Shown: piece by piece, positions 39,938 through 47,694 of the stretch
How the letters are laid out: each line of letters starts with the position of its first letter
Position numbering within the stretch: position 1 is the first letter of the stretch
NCBI GenBank assembly: GCA_046349475.1
Contig: JAXMCG010000021.1
Coordinates: forward strand, 40 to 64,039
Length of the DNA stretch: 64,000 nt
Direction of reading: 5' to 3'
Source: Caulobacteraceae bacterium
Lineage (GTDB): Bacteria > Pseudomonadota > Alphaproteobacteria > Caulobacterales > Caulobacteraceae
Notes under the pieces: generated by a model
Told to the model about the DNA's origin: nothing
Database searches by the model: none
The model's input: the letters and a program-made list of their open reading frames with translations, nothing else
Program-made: the position numbers and the translations under genes

Positions 39938-40175
39938 CCGTCAGGCTCGTCGAGACGTTCGTCTGCGTTGAGACGGTCGATGACAGCGACGTCGAGATAT
40001 TGGCTTGGGTGGAATTGGTGGTCGATAGGCTACTCGAAAGGTTGGTGACGTTCGAATTAGTCGTCGATAGCGAGGTCGAGACACCCGTCAGGCTTGTGGA
40101 GACGTTACCGAGGCTGGTCGACTGGCCGGCCAAAGAAGTCGATTGACCTGCCAGGCTCGTCGAGACGTTGGTGAA
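38835..40175 (-). repeat. in-frame tandem coding repeats (21/42-nt period) of the adhesin stalk, with a ~180-nt segmental duplication
   Basis: 14-residue units such as TNSNLANVSTSLST repeat dozens of times. 39690-39870 and 39990-40165 are about 80-90% identical by eye. Confidence 0.85.
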
Positions 40176-40349
40176 GTTGGAGTTGATCGCGGTGTTGTCG
40201 GTCGTGTCGGCCTGATCCGTAACTGTCACAATCTGGGCTTGAGCAACCGCGGGCGCGAGGGCCGTCATCGCTAAGCCCAGGGATGTCACGGAGACGCCAA
40301 GCAGCAATGCCGCGCGCACGGGTGCGCGGCCACCATTTAATCTATTCAT
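39804..40349 (-). CDS. TAA N-terminal fragment (signal peptide plus S/T/N repeats)
   Basis: MNRLNGGRAPVRAALLLGVSVTSLGLAMTALAPAVAQA followed by NVSTSLAGQSTSL... repeats. Ends at a TAA created by the frameshift. Confidence 0.8.
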   Translation of the reverse strand: MNRLNGGRAPVRAALLLGVSVTSLGLAMTALAPAVAQAQIVTVTDQADTTDNTAINSNFTNVSTSLAGQSTSLAGQSTSLGNVSTSLTGVSTSLSTTNSNVTNLSSSLSTTNSTQANISTSLSSTVSTQTNVSTSLTGVSTSLSSTNSSLDNVSTSTANNSTSLAGQSTSLAGQSTSLASG

Positions 40350-40696
40350 TATTGAGCGTCCCTTTGAGAAGTCGCGATTTGTCCGGTGATTGTGTCGGAC
40401 AGCCGACTTCTGAGCCGGCGCTTACCCTGAACAACCAAGTGCACAACCAGCACTTAGCCATCAAAGTTCATGGCGGTCCGCCGAATTTTGGCGAAAACCT
40501 GAATTATTATACAGACTTAACCTTATGGACGCGTCCGTAATTCTACCCAATTACAGAACAAGCAGGAGCACACGGCCGCCTTTCCAGCAAGCCTTCTAGC
40601 TAAACCACAGCGCTAGAATCATCGACCACAGGCTGTGGCGCGCAGGTCACATTCAAGTAGAGCCGAAATGGCGCAACGGCGCCGGAATGTGGGCGG

Positions 40697-41527
40697 TCAG
40701 GCCGCCCGTTCCACGCTGCGAAGGACCGCTTCCAGGAAAATCGGGAAGAGTTTGGGCGGCATGTCATGCCCCATCCCCTCGATGATCCTCAGCTCGGCGC
40801 CCGGCACATTGGCCGCCGTGTCTCTGCCCCCCGCCACGGGCACCAGGGGGTCATCCGCCCCGTGCAGCACCAGGGTCGGAACCTTCAGCGCCCTGAGACC
40901 CGGCCGGCGGTCGCCTGTCGCTCCAATCGCCTGCATCTGCCGCTGTACCCCCGTGGGATTAAAAGCCCGGCGGTATTCACTCTCCGCCCGCGCCCTTAGC
41001 TCCCCTTCTGCCCAGGGATAGGCCGGGCTGCCGATGGTGAGGGCGTTGGAGACGCCATGGGCGATGAACGCCTCCCAATCAGTCTCGGGATTGGGCGCGG
41101 CGTTGGTGATTACGCCGATTGCCGGGGGCGGCGGCAAATCCGGATTGCCGGTGTTCGACATGATGCTGGTCATGGAGAGCACCCGGTCCGGATGCTCGAT
41201 CGCCACCTGTTGCACGATCATCCCACCCATCGAGACACCGACGAGGTGGGCCTTGGGGGCGCCGGCCGCGTCCAGCACCATCACCACGTCGCCGGCCATC
41301 TCGGAAAGGGTGTAGGCGTCGCCCGGCTTGAACCAGGTGGACTTGCCGGTGTCGCGGTTGTCCATGCGCACGGCGCGCAGCCCCTTGGCGACCAGCATTT
41401 CGCAGAACGGCGCTGGCCAGCGCGTCATCTGCGAGCCAAGGCCATTGACCAACATCACTGTCGGAGCGCCGGCCTCGCCAAAGACTTCGTATTCGATCTC
41501 TACACCGCGTCCGCTGGCCCTGGGCAT
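40697..41527 (-). CDS. alpha/beta-fold hydrolase
   Basis: HLVGVSMGGMIV nucleophile elbow and C-terminal GMGHDMP. The ATG at 41527 follows GAGGGGAG. Confidence 0.85.
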   Translation of the reverse strand: MPRASGRGVEIEYEVFGEAGAPTVMLVNGLGSQMTRWPAPFCEMLVAKGLRAVRMDNRDTGKSTWFKPGDAYTLSEMAGDVVMVLDAAGAPKAHLVGVSMGGMIVQQVAIEHPDRVLSMTSIMSNTGNPDLPPPPAIGVITNAAPNPETDWEAFIAHGVSNALTIGSPAYPWAEGELRARAESEYRRAFNPTGVQRQMQAIGATGDRRPGLRALKVPTLVLHGADDPLVPVAGGRDTAANVPGAELRIIEGMGHDMPPKLFPIFLEAVLRSVERAA

Positions 41528-41650
41528 GGATGGCTCCCCTCGATGTTCTGGCGGCCGGAACGTCGTGAAATCTGATTGGACGATGGCCCTGGCCATAGCT
41601 TAAGCCGCCAGCCAAGATCGCCGCAACGCGACGTAAGGGAAGGACCAGGT

Positions 41651-42838
41651 ATGGCGGACGGACCTCTGAAGGGCCTGAAGGTGCTCGACTGCACCCATGT
41701 CATCGCCGGCGCCTGGTGCTCCCTGCTTCTGGCCGACCTCGGGGCGGACGTCATCAAGATCGAGCCCCTGGAGGGCGAGACGACGCGCGGCCATCCTAAG
41801 GCCCGCTTCAAGGCGTTCGACTATGTGAACCGCAACAAGCGCGCCATCGCCGTCGACATGACCACCCCAGCCGGCGCGGATGTCATCAAGAGGCTCGCCA
41901 AGGGCGTTGACGTTTTCGTGGAGAACTACCGGCCCGGCGCGCTGAACCGCATGGGCCTCGGCTACGAGGACCTCGCCAAGGTCAATCCACGCCTCGTCTA
42001 TGCTTCCGTCTCAGGTTTCGGCCTCACCGGGCCCTATTCCGACCGGGGCGGCTTCGACCTCATTGCCCAGGCCATGAGCGGCATCATGAGCTTCACCGGG
42101 CAGCCGGGCGATGAGCGCCCCTCCGCCGCCGGCGTACCCCTCTCGGACCTCAATGCCGGCCTTTTCGCCGCTTTCGGGGTGATGGCCGCCCTGCGCCACC
42201 GCGACGCCACCGGCGAAGGCCAGCATGTGGAGGCTTCCCTGCTGGAGAGCGCCGTCGCCTACACCATGTGGGAAACCGGCATGTACCTCTCCACGGGCGA
42301 GGTCGCGAAGCCCAACGGCTCCCGCCACCGCCTCGCCGCTCCTTACGAATCCCTGCGCACCCGCGACGGCTGGATTGTGCTGGGCGTCAACAATGACCGC
42401 CTCTGGAAGAAGCTGATCGACGCCCTCGGTGCGGACGACCTCGCCGCCGATCCTCTCTTCGCGGATGGCAGGTCCCGCCTTACCAACCGTGACGAGCTCG
42501 AAAAGCGCATCGAGGCGATCTTCGCCACAGACGATACCGCCGCCTGGGTCGAGAAGCTCAATGCCAAGGGCGTGCCCTGCGGCCCGATTAACACCATCGA
42601 CCAAGCCCTCGCCGACCCGCAGGTGGAAGCCCGCGGCCTCCTTGCCGAGGTAGATGGCCGCCGCTTCACGCGAGCCCCCCTGGGCTTTTCCAAGACCCCG
42701 GCCTCGGTGCGCACCGGGGTACCGGCCATTGGGCAGCACACCCGCGAAGTGCTGAACGCCGCTGGCATGTCCGACCGCGATATCGATACCCTCGCCGCCG
42801 ACGGCGTCCTCGGCCTCAATGGAGAAACCGCCCAATGA
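41651..42838 (+). CDS. CaiB/BaiF family III CoA-transferase
   Basis: LKGLKVLDCTHVIAGAWCSLLLADLGADVIKIE, VENYRPGAL and GFDLIAQAMSG. Confidence 0.9.
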   Translation: MADGPLKGLKVLDCTHVIAGAWCSLLLADLGADVIKIEPLEGETTRGHPKARFKAFDYVNRNKRAIAVDMTTPAGADVIKRLAKGVDVFVENYRPGALNRMGLGYEDLAKVNPRLVYASVSGFGLTGPYSDRGGFDLIAQAMSGIMSFTGQPGDERPSAAGVPLSDLNAGLFAAFGVMAALRHRDATGEGQHVEASLLESAVAYTMWETGMYLSTGEVAKPNGSRHRLAAPYESLRTRDGWIVLGVNNDRLWKKLIDALGADDLAADPLFADGRSRLTNRDELEKRIEAIFATDDTAAWVEKLNAKGVPCGPINTIDQALADPQVEARGLLAEVDGRRFTRAPLGFSKTPASVRTGVPAIGQHTREVLNAAGMSDRDIDTLAADGVLGLNGETAQ

Positions 42839-43590
42839 CCGGCGTCGTCCACATCGACCATCACTCGTCTTCCGTGGTGGTCCTGACCATCGACAATCCG
42901 CCGATGAACCCCCTGGGGCCGGACATGCGCGCCGCCTTCATGGGCGTGCTGGATGAGGTCGAGAAAAGCGACGCCCTGCGCTGCATCGTCATCACCGGCA
43001 AGGGCCGCTCCTTCTGCGCCGGGGATGACCTGAAGCAGGCCCACGCCTCTGGCGGCGAGGACCTCGCCGGCTTTGGCCGCCTGCTGGAGCGCCTCGACCA
43101 GTCGCGCGTGCCCATCGTCGCCGCCATCAATGGCTGGTGCGTCGGCGGCGGCTTTGAGCTCGCCCTCTGCTGCGACATCCGCATCGCCTCCACCGAGGCG
43201 AAGTTCACCGCCGCCGGGGTGAACATGGGCCTGATGGCCTCGGCCTACCGCCTGCCCCGCCTGATCGGCGTCTCCCGCGCCAAGCAGATCCTGCTCACCG
43301 GTCTCCCCACCGACGCCGTCACAGCCGAGCACTATGGCCTCGTCACCGGCCTCCATGCCCCCGAAGCGCTGATGCCCGCCGCCCTCGAACTGGCCGACCG
43401 CTTGGCGTCTAGGGCCCCGCTCTCCGTGGAAGCCACCAAACGCGTCTCGTCGCGCGCGCCGGACCTCTCCCCGGAGGACGCCGAGACCCTGCAGGCCAAG
43501 GAACTGCGGGTGCTGCGCCGCTCGGAGGATCACAAGGAAGCCGTTGCCGCCTTCAACGCCAAACGCGACCCGGTCTTCAACCGGCGCTGA
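42835..43590 (+). CDS. enoyl-CoA hydratase/isomerase (crotonase) family
   Basis: ITGKGRSFCAGDDL and AAINGWCVGGGFELALCCDIRIAS. ATGA overlap with the CoA-transferase gene. Confidence 0.9.
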   Translation: MTGVVHIDHHSSSVVVLTIDNPPMNPLGPDMRAAFMGVLDEVEKSDALRCIVITGKGRSFCAGDDLKQAHASGGEDLAGFGRLLERLDQSRVPIVAAINGWCVGGGFELALCCDIRIASTEAKFTAAGVNMGLMASAYRLPRLIGVSRAKQILLTGLPTDAVTAEHYGLVTGLHAPEALMPAALELADRLASRAPLSVEATKRVSSRAPDLSPEDAETLQAKELRVLRRSEDHKEAVAAFNAKRDPVFNRR

Positions 43591-44056
43591 CGCTCTCCGC
43601 CGCCGGCGCCTCATGCGTCGGAAGGGTTTCTTTGACACCATAGCGTTGCCGCCAGCGATTGATCTCGGCCGTCAGGTCATGCGGGGCCAGGGTCCAGCAG
43701 GAATGCACGCCCCAGATCTTTCCGTCCTTCATGGCCAACTTGACCACGTTGAACCAGTTCGCTTTGACCACAAGCGCCCGGTCGATCGTCTCCCAGGGCC
43801 AGGCCGGGCCGCCCCGTCCATGCTCGATGCGCACGCCTTGTTCGGAGATGATCATCTCGCTCGGGCGGAAGAGCACAAGGATGAAATAAAGGGCATGGTA
43901 GCCGAAGAAGAGCGCCATCGCGCCCCCGGTCCCGATGGCGACATTGTTGTCGAAACTTAAGGCCAGCCAGAAGCCCACGGCGCATAGGGGCGCGGCGCAG
44001 GCGAGATATCCCGCCGCCTTGCCGCGCGACTGGCGGTCCCGGAACGGCGCCTCCAC
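43577..44056 (-). CDS. hypothetical membrane protein (2 TM plus PH-like C-terminal region)
   Basis: 159 aa. The GTG start overlaps the upstream stop by 1 nt. Coding-like GC3. Confidence 0.55.
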   Translation of the reverse strand: MEAPFRDRQSRGKAAGYLACAAPLCAVGFWLALSFDNNVAIGTGGAMALFFGYHALYFILVLFRPSEMIISEQGVRIEHGRGGPAWPWETIDRALVVKANWFNVVKLAMKDGKIWGVHSCWTLAPHDLTAEINRWRQRYGVKETLPTHEAPAAESVSAG

Positions 44057-45549
44057 TAGGCCTCCATCGCCGCACGGCCTGCGGCGTCATGATCGTCCAG
44101 CACCCGGCATTCCTTATCGAACACCATGGTCGGCAGGCTCTCCGCCGTCACCGGAGCCCAGCCCGGATTGCCGGTCCGGGCAAAGGCGATCCAGGCATCC
44201 GCCATGGTCGCCGCCAGGGCCCGGGCTTCATCGCCCCCGCCCGTGTGGTTCAGGCACCGGTCGATGTTGTCGAGGCAAAAGGCGAGGTCGGAGCAGTGGA
44301 AGGCGCGCGGCCGGCCATCCAGCACAGGGGTCTTCCAGGCGAACTGATAAAGATAGGCCGGCGCCCCGCCCGCCGCCGCCTTCAGCCGGGCCTGGGCGAC
44401 TGGCTGCAGCCGGCCCATCGAAGCCGAATTGATCACCGCGGCGATCTCCACCGGCAGGGCCTCCGGATAGACGGCCCTCCAGGCCGCGATCACCTGCGGA
44501 TCGCGCCGCACCTGGTCCCAGCCGATGGCCTCCATCTTCGGCACGCCCATGCTGGGCGAGCTCTCATGCAGGGTCCCGCCGACCAGCAGGGGGATGTCAT
44601 GTGAGGTCGCGGTCGGCGCCGGATGGTAGGGGTGGCGCGCCACCTCGACCCCATCGACGAAAGGCTGCCAGACCATGCCTTCCCAGACCGCCCCGTTCGG
44701 CCGCACCGCCTTGCGCAGCGCCGCGGAAGCCTGAGCTCCGGCTTCCACGAGGGCCCGGGCGGACAGCGCTCGTAGCCCCGCCTCATCACAGCCCGCCGCG
44801 TCCAGCAGGGCCGCGCGCACTTCGTCGGCCCGCTCGGGCGAGGCAATCCGCAGCTGCGAGCCCGACTGCACGATCATCTTGTGGAAGAGGCCCGTGGCCG
44901 CCGGCATGGCCGTCAGGGTGTTGATCTTCGCCCCACCGCCGGACTGGCCGAAGACCGTGACATTGCCGGCGTCGCCGCCAAACGCCGCCGCGTTCTCCTT
45001 CACCCATTCCAGAGCCAGCACGATGTCCAGCATCCCCGGATTGGCGGCCCCGCCCTCCAGCTTCAGATAGCCGAACGGGCCCAGCCGGTGATTGACGCTG
45101 ATCACCACCACATCGCCGCGCCGGGCGAGGTTTTCGCCGTCATAGGCGGGCAGCTCCTGGCTCGACCCGGCCTCGTAGCCGCCGCCATGGATGAAGAACA
45201 TCACCGGCCGTTTGCCCTGCCCGCCCGGCGTCCAGACGTTCAGGCGCAGGCAGTCCTCACCGGGAAAGCCATCATCCCAGTCGAACAGGAACGCCACCTC
45301 GTCGTGCTTCCACCCCGCCCGCTCGATCTGCGGGCACACCGGGCCATAGGCCAGGGCCGATCGCTCGCCCGTCCAGGCCTTGGCCGCCTCCGGGGCCAAG
45401 AAGCGCTCGGCGGCGCCATAGGGGATGCCCTTGAAGGTCAGGATTCCCGCCCGCGAAACGCCGCGCACCTTGCCCAGTGAGGTCTCGATCACCGCAGCGG
45501 CGGGCGTGGTCAACCCGCCAGCGGCGCTCACCCGCGATCCATCGGCCAT
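44056..45549 (-). CDS. carboxylesterase, type B family (cytoplasmic)
   Basis: FKGIPYGA, FIHGGGYEAGS and VTVFGQSGGGAKI. No signal peptide. Confidence 0.9.
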   Translation of the reverse strand: MADGSRVSAAGGLTTPAAAVIETSLGKVRGVSRAGILTFKGIPYGAAERFLAPEAAKAWTGERSALAYGPVCPQIERAGWKHDEVAFLFDWDDGFPGEDCLRLNVWTPGGQGKRPVMFFIHGGGYEAGSSQELPAYDGENLARRGDVVVISVNHRLGPFGYLKLEGGAANPGMLDIVLALEWVKENAAAFGGDAGNVTVFGQSGGGAKINTLTAMPAATGLFHKMIVQSGSQLRIASPERADEVRAALLDAAGCDEAGLRALSARALVEAGAQASAALRKAVRPNGAVWEGMVWQPFVDGVEVARHPYHPAPTATSHDIPLLVGGTLHESSPSMGVPKMEAIGWDQVRRDPQVIAAWRAVYPEALPVEIAAVINSASMGRLQPVAQARLKAAAGGAPAYLYQFAWKTPVLDGRPRAFHCSDLAFCLDNIDRCLNHTGGGDEARALAATMADAWIAFARTGNPGWAPVTAESLPTMVFDKECRVLDDHDAAGRAAMEA

Positions 45550-45582
45550 TGCGGCGCTCCCATGTCTAGCATGGCGCCAAGC

Positions 45583-45987
45583 CTAGGCTTGGCGGGGCGT
45601 CACGTCGACAAGGTCTTCCACGGTGTAGGGCACGCCATGGCGGCGCTCGATGTCCTTTTGCAGCGCGCCGGCCGCGAGGAGATGGCCGGGGAACAGGAAG
45701 TCCGCCGCATAGCCCGCCAGGGGCACGTCGCTGAGGGCGGTGTCCACGGTCAGATAGGCGCCCATTTTAAGTAGCGTGAGCAGTTCGGCCTTGGCCTGAA
45801 TAGCCTGCAGCAGAATCCAGCCCCCGGCGATCGCCGAGAAGGCCGTGTTGGCGATGGGGATGAAGGACACGAGGCTGTCGAGGCCGATGCCAAAGGGGCC
45901 GATGCCGATCACCCGGTCGGTGAGCTTCTTGAACTTCTCGGCCCGGAGCCAGACCGCATGGGCGCGCTGGCGTTCTTCGTTGTCCAT
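45583..45987 (-). CDS. DUF4112-family membrane protein
   Basis: IGIGPFGIGLDSLVSFIPIANTAFSAIAGGWIL. The ATG at 45987 is preferred. The ORF is open to a TTG at 46029. Confidence 0.7.
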   Translation of the reverse strand: MDNEERQRAHAVWLRAEKFKKLTDRVIGIGPFGIGLDSLVSFIPIANTAFSAIAGGWILLQAIQAKAELLTLLKMGAYLTVDTALSDVPLAGYAADFLFPGHLLAAGALQKDIERRHGVPYTVEDLVDVTPRQA

Positions 45988-46060
45988 CAAGGAAATCCCC
46001 GCGGAGTCGGGCTCAGAATGAACCCGCAAGGCTTACAGATGGTGACGATTTCGCCGGCTG

Positions 46061-46702
46061 CTAGGCCTCGGCGGCCAGAGCCTTGTCCGCGAACCGCTTG
46101 GCCTGCGCCACCCAGGCGTCACGCACGGCGCGGCCTTTGAGGTTCAGCGCCTTGTCCACCCGCTCCAGCTCGCGCGCCTTCCAGCGGGCCATCTGGGCGA
46201 AGGTCGTCACGCCGCGCTCGGCCAGGGCCGCCGCCAGCTTGGGGCCAATGCCGACGATCATCGTCAGGTCGTCGGGCGCGGCGGTTTCCGCCACGGCTTC
46301 GACCACCGGTTCGGGGGCAGGTTCGGGTTCAGGCGCGGCCTCCACGAGGGCCGCCGCCTCCGCCATCGCGGCCTGGGCGGCGCGTTCGGCGATCACATGA
46401 GGCATGTCGTCCACCGCCGACCCGAAGGCGATGTCGGCAGCCGTGTCTTCCGGCGGGGCGACAACGGGCTGCGGTTCCAGCACCGGAACCAGATCCATGA
46501 GGCTGGGGACCTTCATCACCGGCGCCTTCAGGGCCGGCGGCATCATCGCTTCCAGGTTCACCGGCTTGGCCCAGCGGGTCATCCAGAAATAGGCGGCGCC
46601 GAAGCTGGCCGCCGCGCCGAACGCGAACCACATGGGGGACATCATCCCCACCGGCAGGCTCATCGCCTTGCCAGGTTCAGTCTTGGAAGGGGTCACGGCC
46701 AT
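46061..46702 (-). CDS. membrane-anchored protein with C-terminal helix-hairpin-helix motif
   Basis: N-terminal TM (MWFAFGAAASFGAAYFW), an Ala/Pro/Glu-rich linker and a C-terminal IVGIGPKLAAALAERGVTTFAQMA. The ATG at 46702 follows GGAG. Confidence 0.6.
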   Translation of the reverse strand: MAVTPSKTEPGKAMSLPVGMMSPMWFAFGAAASFGAAYFWMTRWAKPVNLEAMMPPALKAPVMKVPSLMDLVPVLEPQPVVAPPEDTAADIAFGSAVDDMPHVIAERAAQAAMAEAAALVEAAPEPEPAPEPVVEAVAETAAPDDLTMIVGIGPKLAAALAERGVTTFAQMARWKARELERVDKALNLKGRAVRDAWVAQAKRFADKALAAEA

Positions 46703-46808
46703 GAGGGTGCTCCGTTGCGCGCCATGTTGCGTCGCAGCATACCACCGGCGCGCCCTTCGCATACGCAAAATCGTGTGACGCACCGAAAGGCGCCTGATCG
46801 GCGGGCGC

Positions 46809-47627
46809 CTAAAGCGGATCGACTCTTCCCAGAGCGCCTTTTTCTCCCAGAACCCGGGCGATCCAATCGGCCGCCACCTGCGCCTTGGCCGCCAGCCCTA
46901 CCGGCGGGTTTAGAGCCGCGATGGCGCAGCCGTTCATTTTCAGGGGATCATCCAGGGGCCGCATCCGCGTCTGCGCCACGAAGCCCGGAGCCCCCACCGA
47001 CGCCAGGTTCGTCTCGAAGCGGTCGAGCGTGTCGAGGTCCTTGATCGGCAGCCAGATGAAGAGCGACGCGGCCGCATTGCGCTTCAACACGGCCCGGGCC
47101 GTCTCAACGATCCGCTGATAGTCGTCGGGCCTCTCGAATGGCGGATCGATCACCACCAGGGTCGCCTCGCCCGCCTGAACCCGGGCCGCCGCCGTCTGAT
47201 ACCCATCGGCCCGCACCGCCTCAGCATTCGGGGTCTTGGCGAGGGCCTGGCGCAGCAGGGCGTGATCGTCGGGCCGGAGTTCACAGGCGACATAGTGGTC
47301 TGTCTTGCGCAGTCCCCGGCTGATCAGGACCGGGGAGCCCGGGTAAAGCCGTCCGCCCTGCCGGCGCAGGTCCGTCACCGCCTTCACCAGCCCGCTGAAC
47401 ACATCGGGCGCCCCCGCCTCGGCCAGCAGCCGCTCGATGCCCGCCGCCGCCTCCCCGGTCCGCGTGGCCGGCACGTCGCCGAGATCATAGATCCCTGCCC
47501 CCGCATGGGTGTCGATGATGCTGAGCGGCCTGGAGTCACGGGTCAGGGCGGCCACAGCCTCGATCAGCAGGGCATGCTTCAGCAGGTCCGCGAAATTGCC
47601 GGCATGGAAGGCGTGGCGGTAGTTCAT
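46809..47627 (-). CDS. rlmJ: 23S rRNA (adenine2030-N6)-methyltransferase
   Basis: MNYRHAFHAGNFADLLKH... and the later IDPPFE motif. Confidence 0.9.
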   Translation of the reverse strand: MNYRHAFHAGNFADLLKHALLIEAVAALTRDSRPLSIIDTHAGAGIYDLGDVPATRTGEAAAGIERLLAEAGAPDVFSGLVKAVTDLRRQGGRLYPGSPVLISRGLRKTDHYVACELRPDDHALLRQALAKTPNAEAVRADGYQTAAARVQAGEATLVVIDPPFERPDDYQRIVETARAVLKRNAAASLFIWLPIKDLDTLDRFETNLASVGAPGFVAQTRMRPLDDPLKMNGCAIAALNPPVGLAAKAQVAADWIARVLGEKGALGRVDPL

Positions 47628-47694
47628 TGGGCGGCGGCTCCGGAACCTCGTCCTCGCCTACCACGTTGCGGCCTCATGAGTGAAAGGGGCGATC

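Larger units (their letters stand above)
38159..40349 (-). pseudogene. trimeric autotransporter adhesin (YadA-type) gene interrupted by a 7-nt insertion (frameshift)
   Basis: The N-terminal frame (signal peptide plus repeats) stops at 39804-39806. The repeat continues in the +1 frame to a YadA head/neck/anchor. Removing 39809..39815 restores one 727-codon ORF. Confidence 0.8.

Noticed and set aside
38565-40146. Plus-strand ORFs running through the adhesin repeats (38565..39104, 38758..39597, 39150..39539, 39601..39852, 39871..40146), with repetitive W/R/S-rich or E/V/D/L-rich translations.
   Set aside because: They are mirror images of the minus-strand tandem coding repeat. Only the minus strand carries the signal peptide, the YadA head/neck motifs and the beta-barrel anchor.
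38835-40175. Highly regular short repeats that might at first glance suggest a CRISPR array or VNTR.
   Set aside because: The period is 21/42 nt with no unique spacers, is in frame, and encodes the adhesin stalk. No cas genes or leader are present.
40325-40345. CtrA-like half-site pattern TTAA-N7-ATTA overlapping the adhesin start codon.
   Set aside because: Only one half-site matches the TTAA-N7-TTAA consensus, and in an AT-rich stretch this is expected by chance.
40283-40540. 85-aa ORF in the AT-rich leader upstream of the adhesin gene.
   Set aside because: It overlaps the adhesin start on the opposite strand and has no RBS and no recognisable domain. It is probably non-coding leader or promoter DNA.
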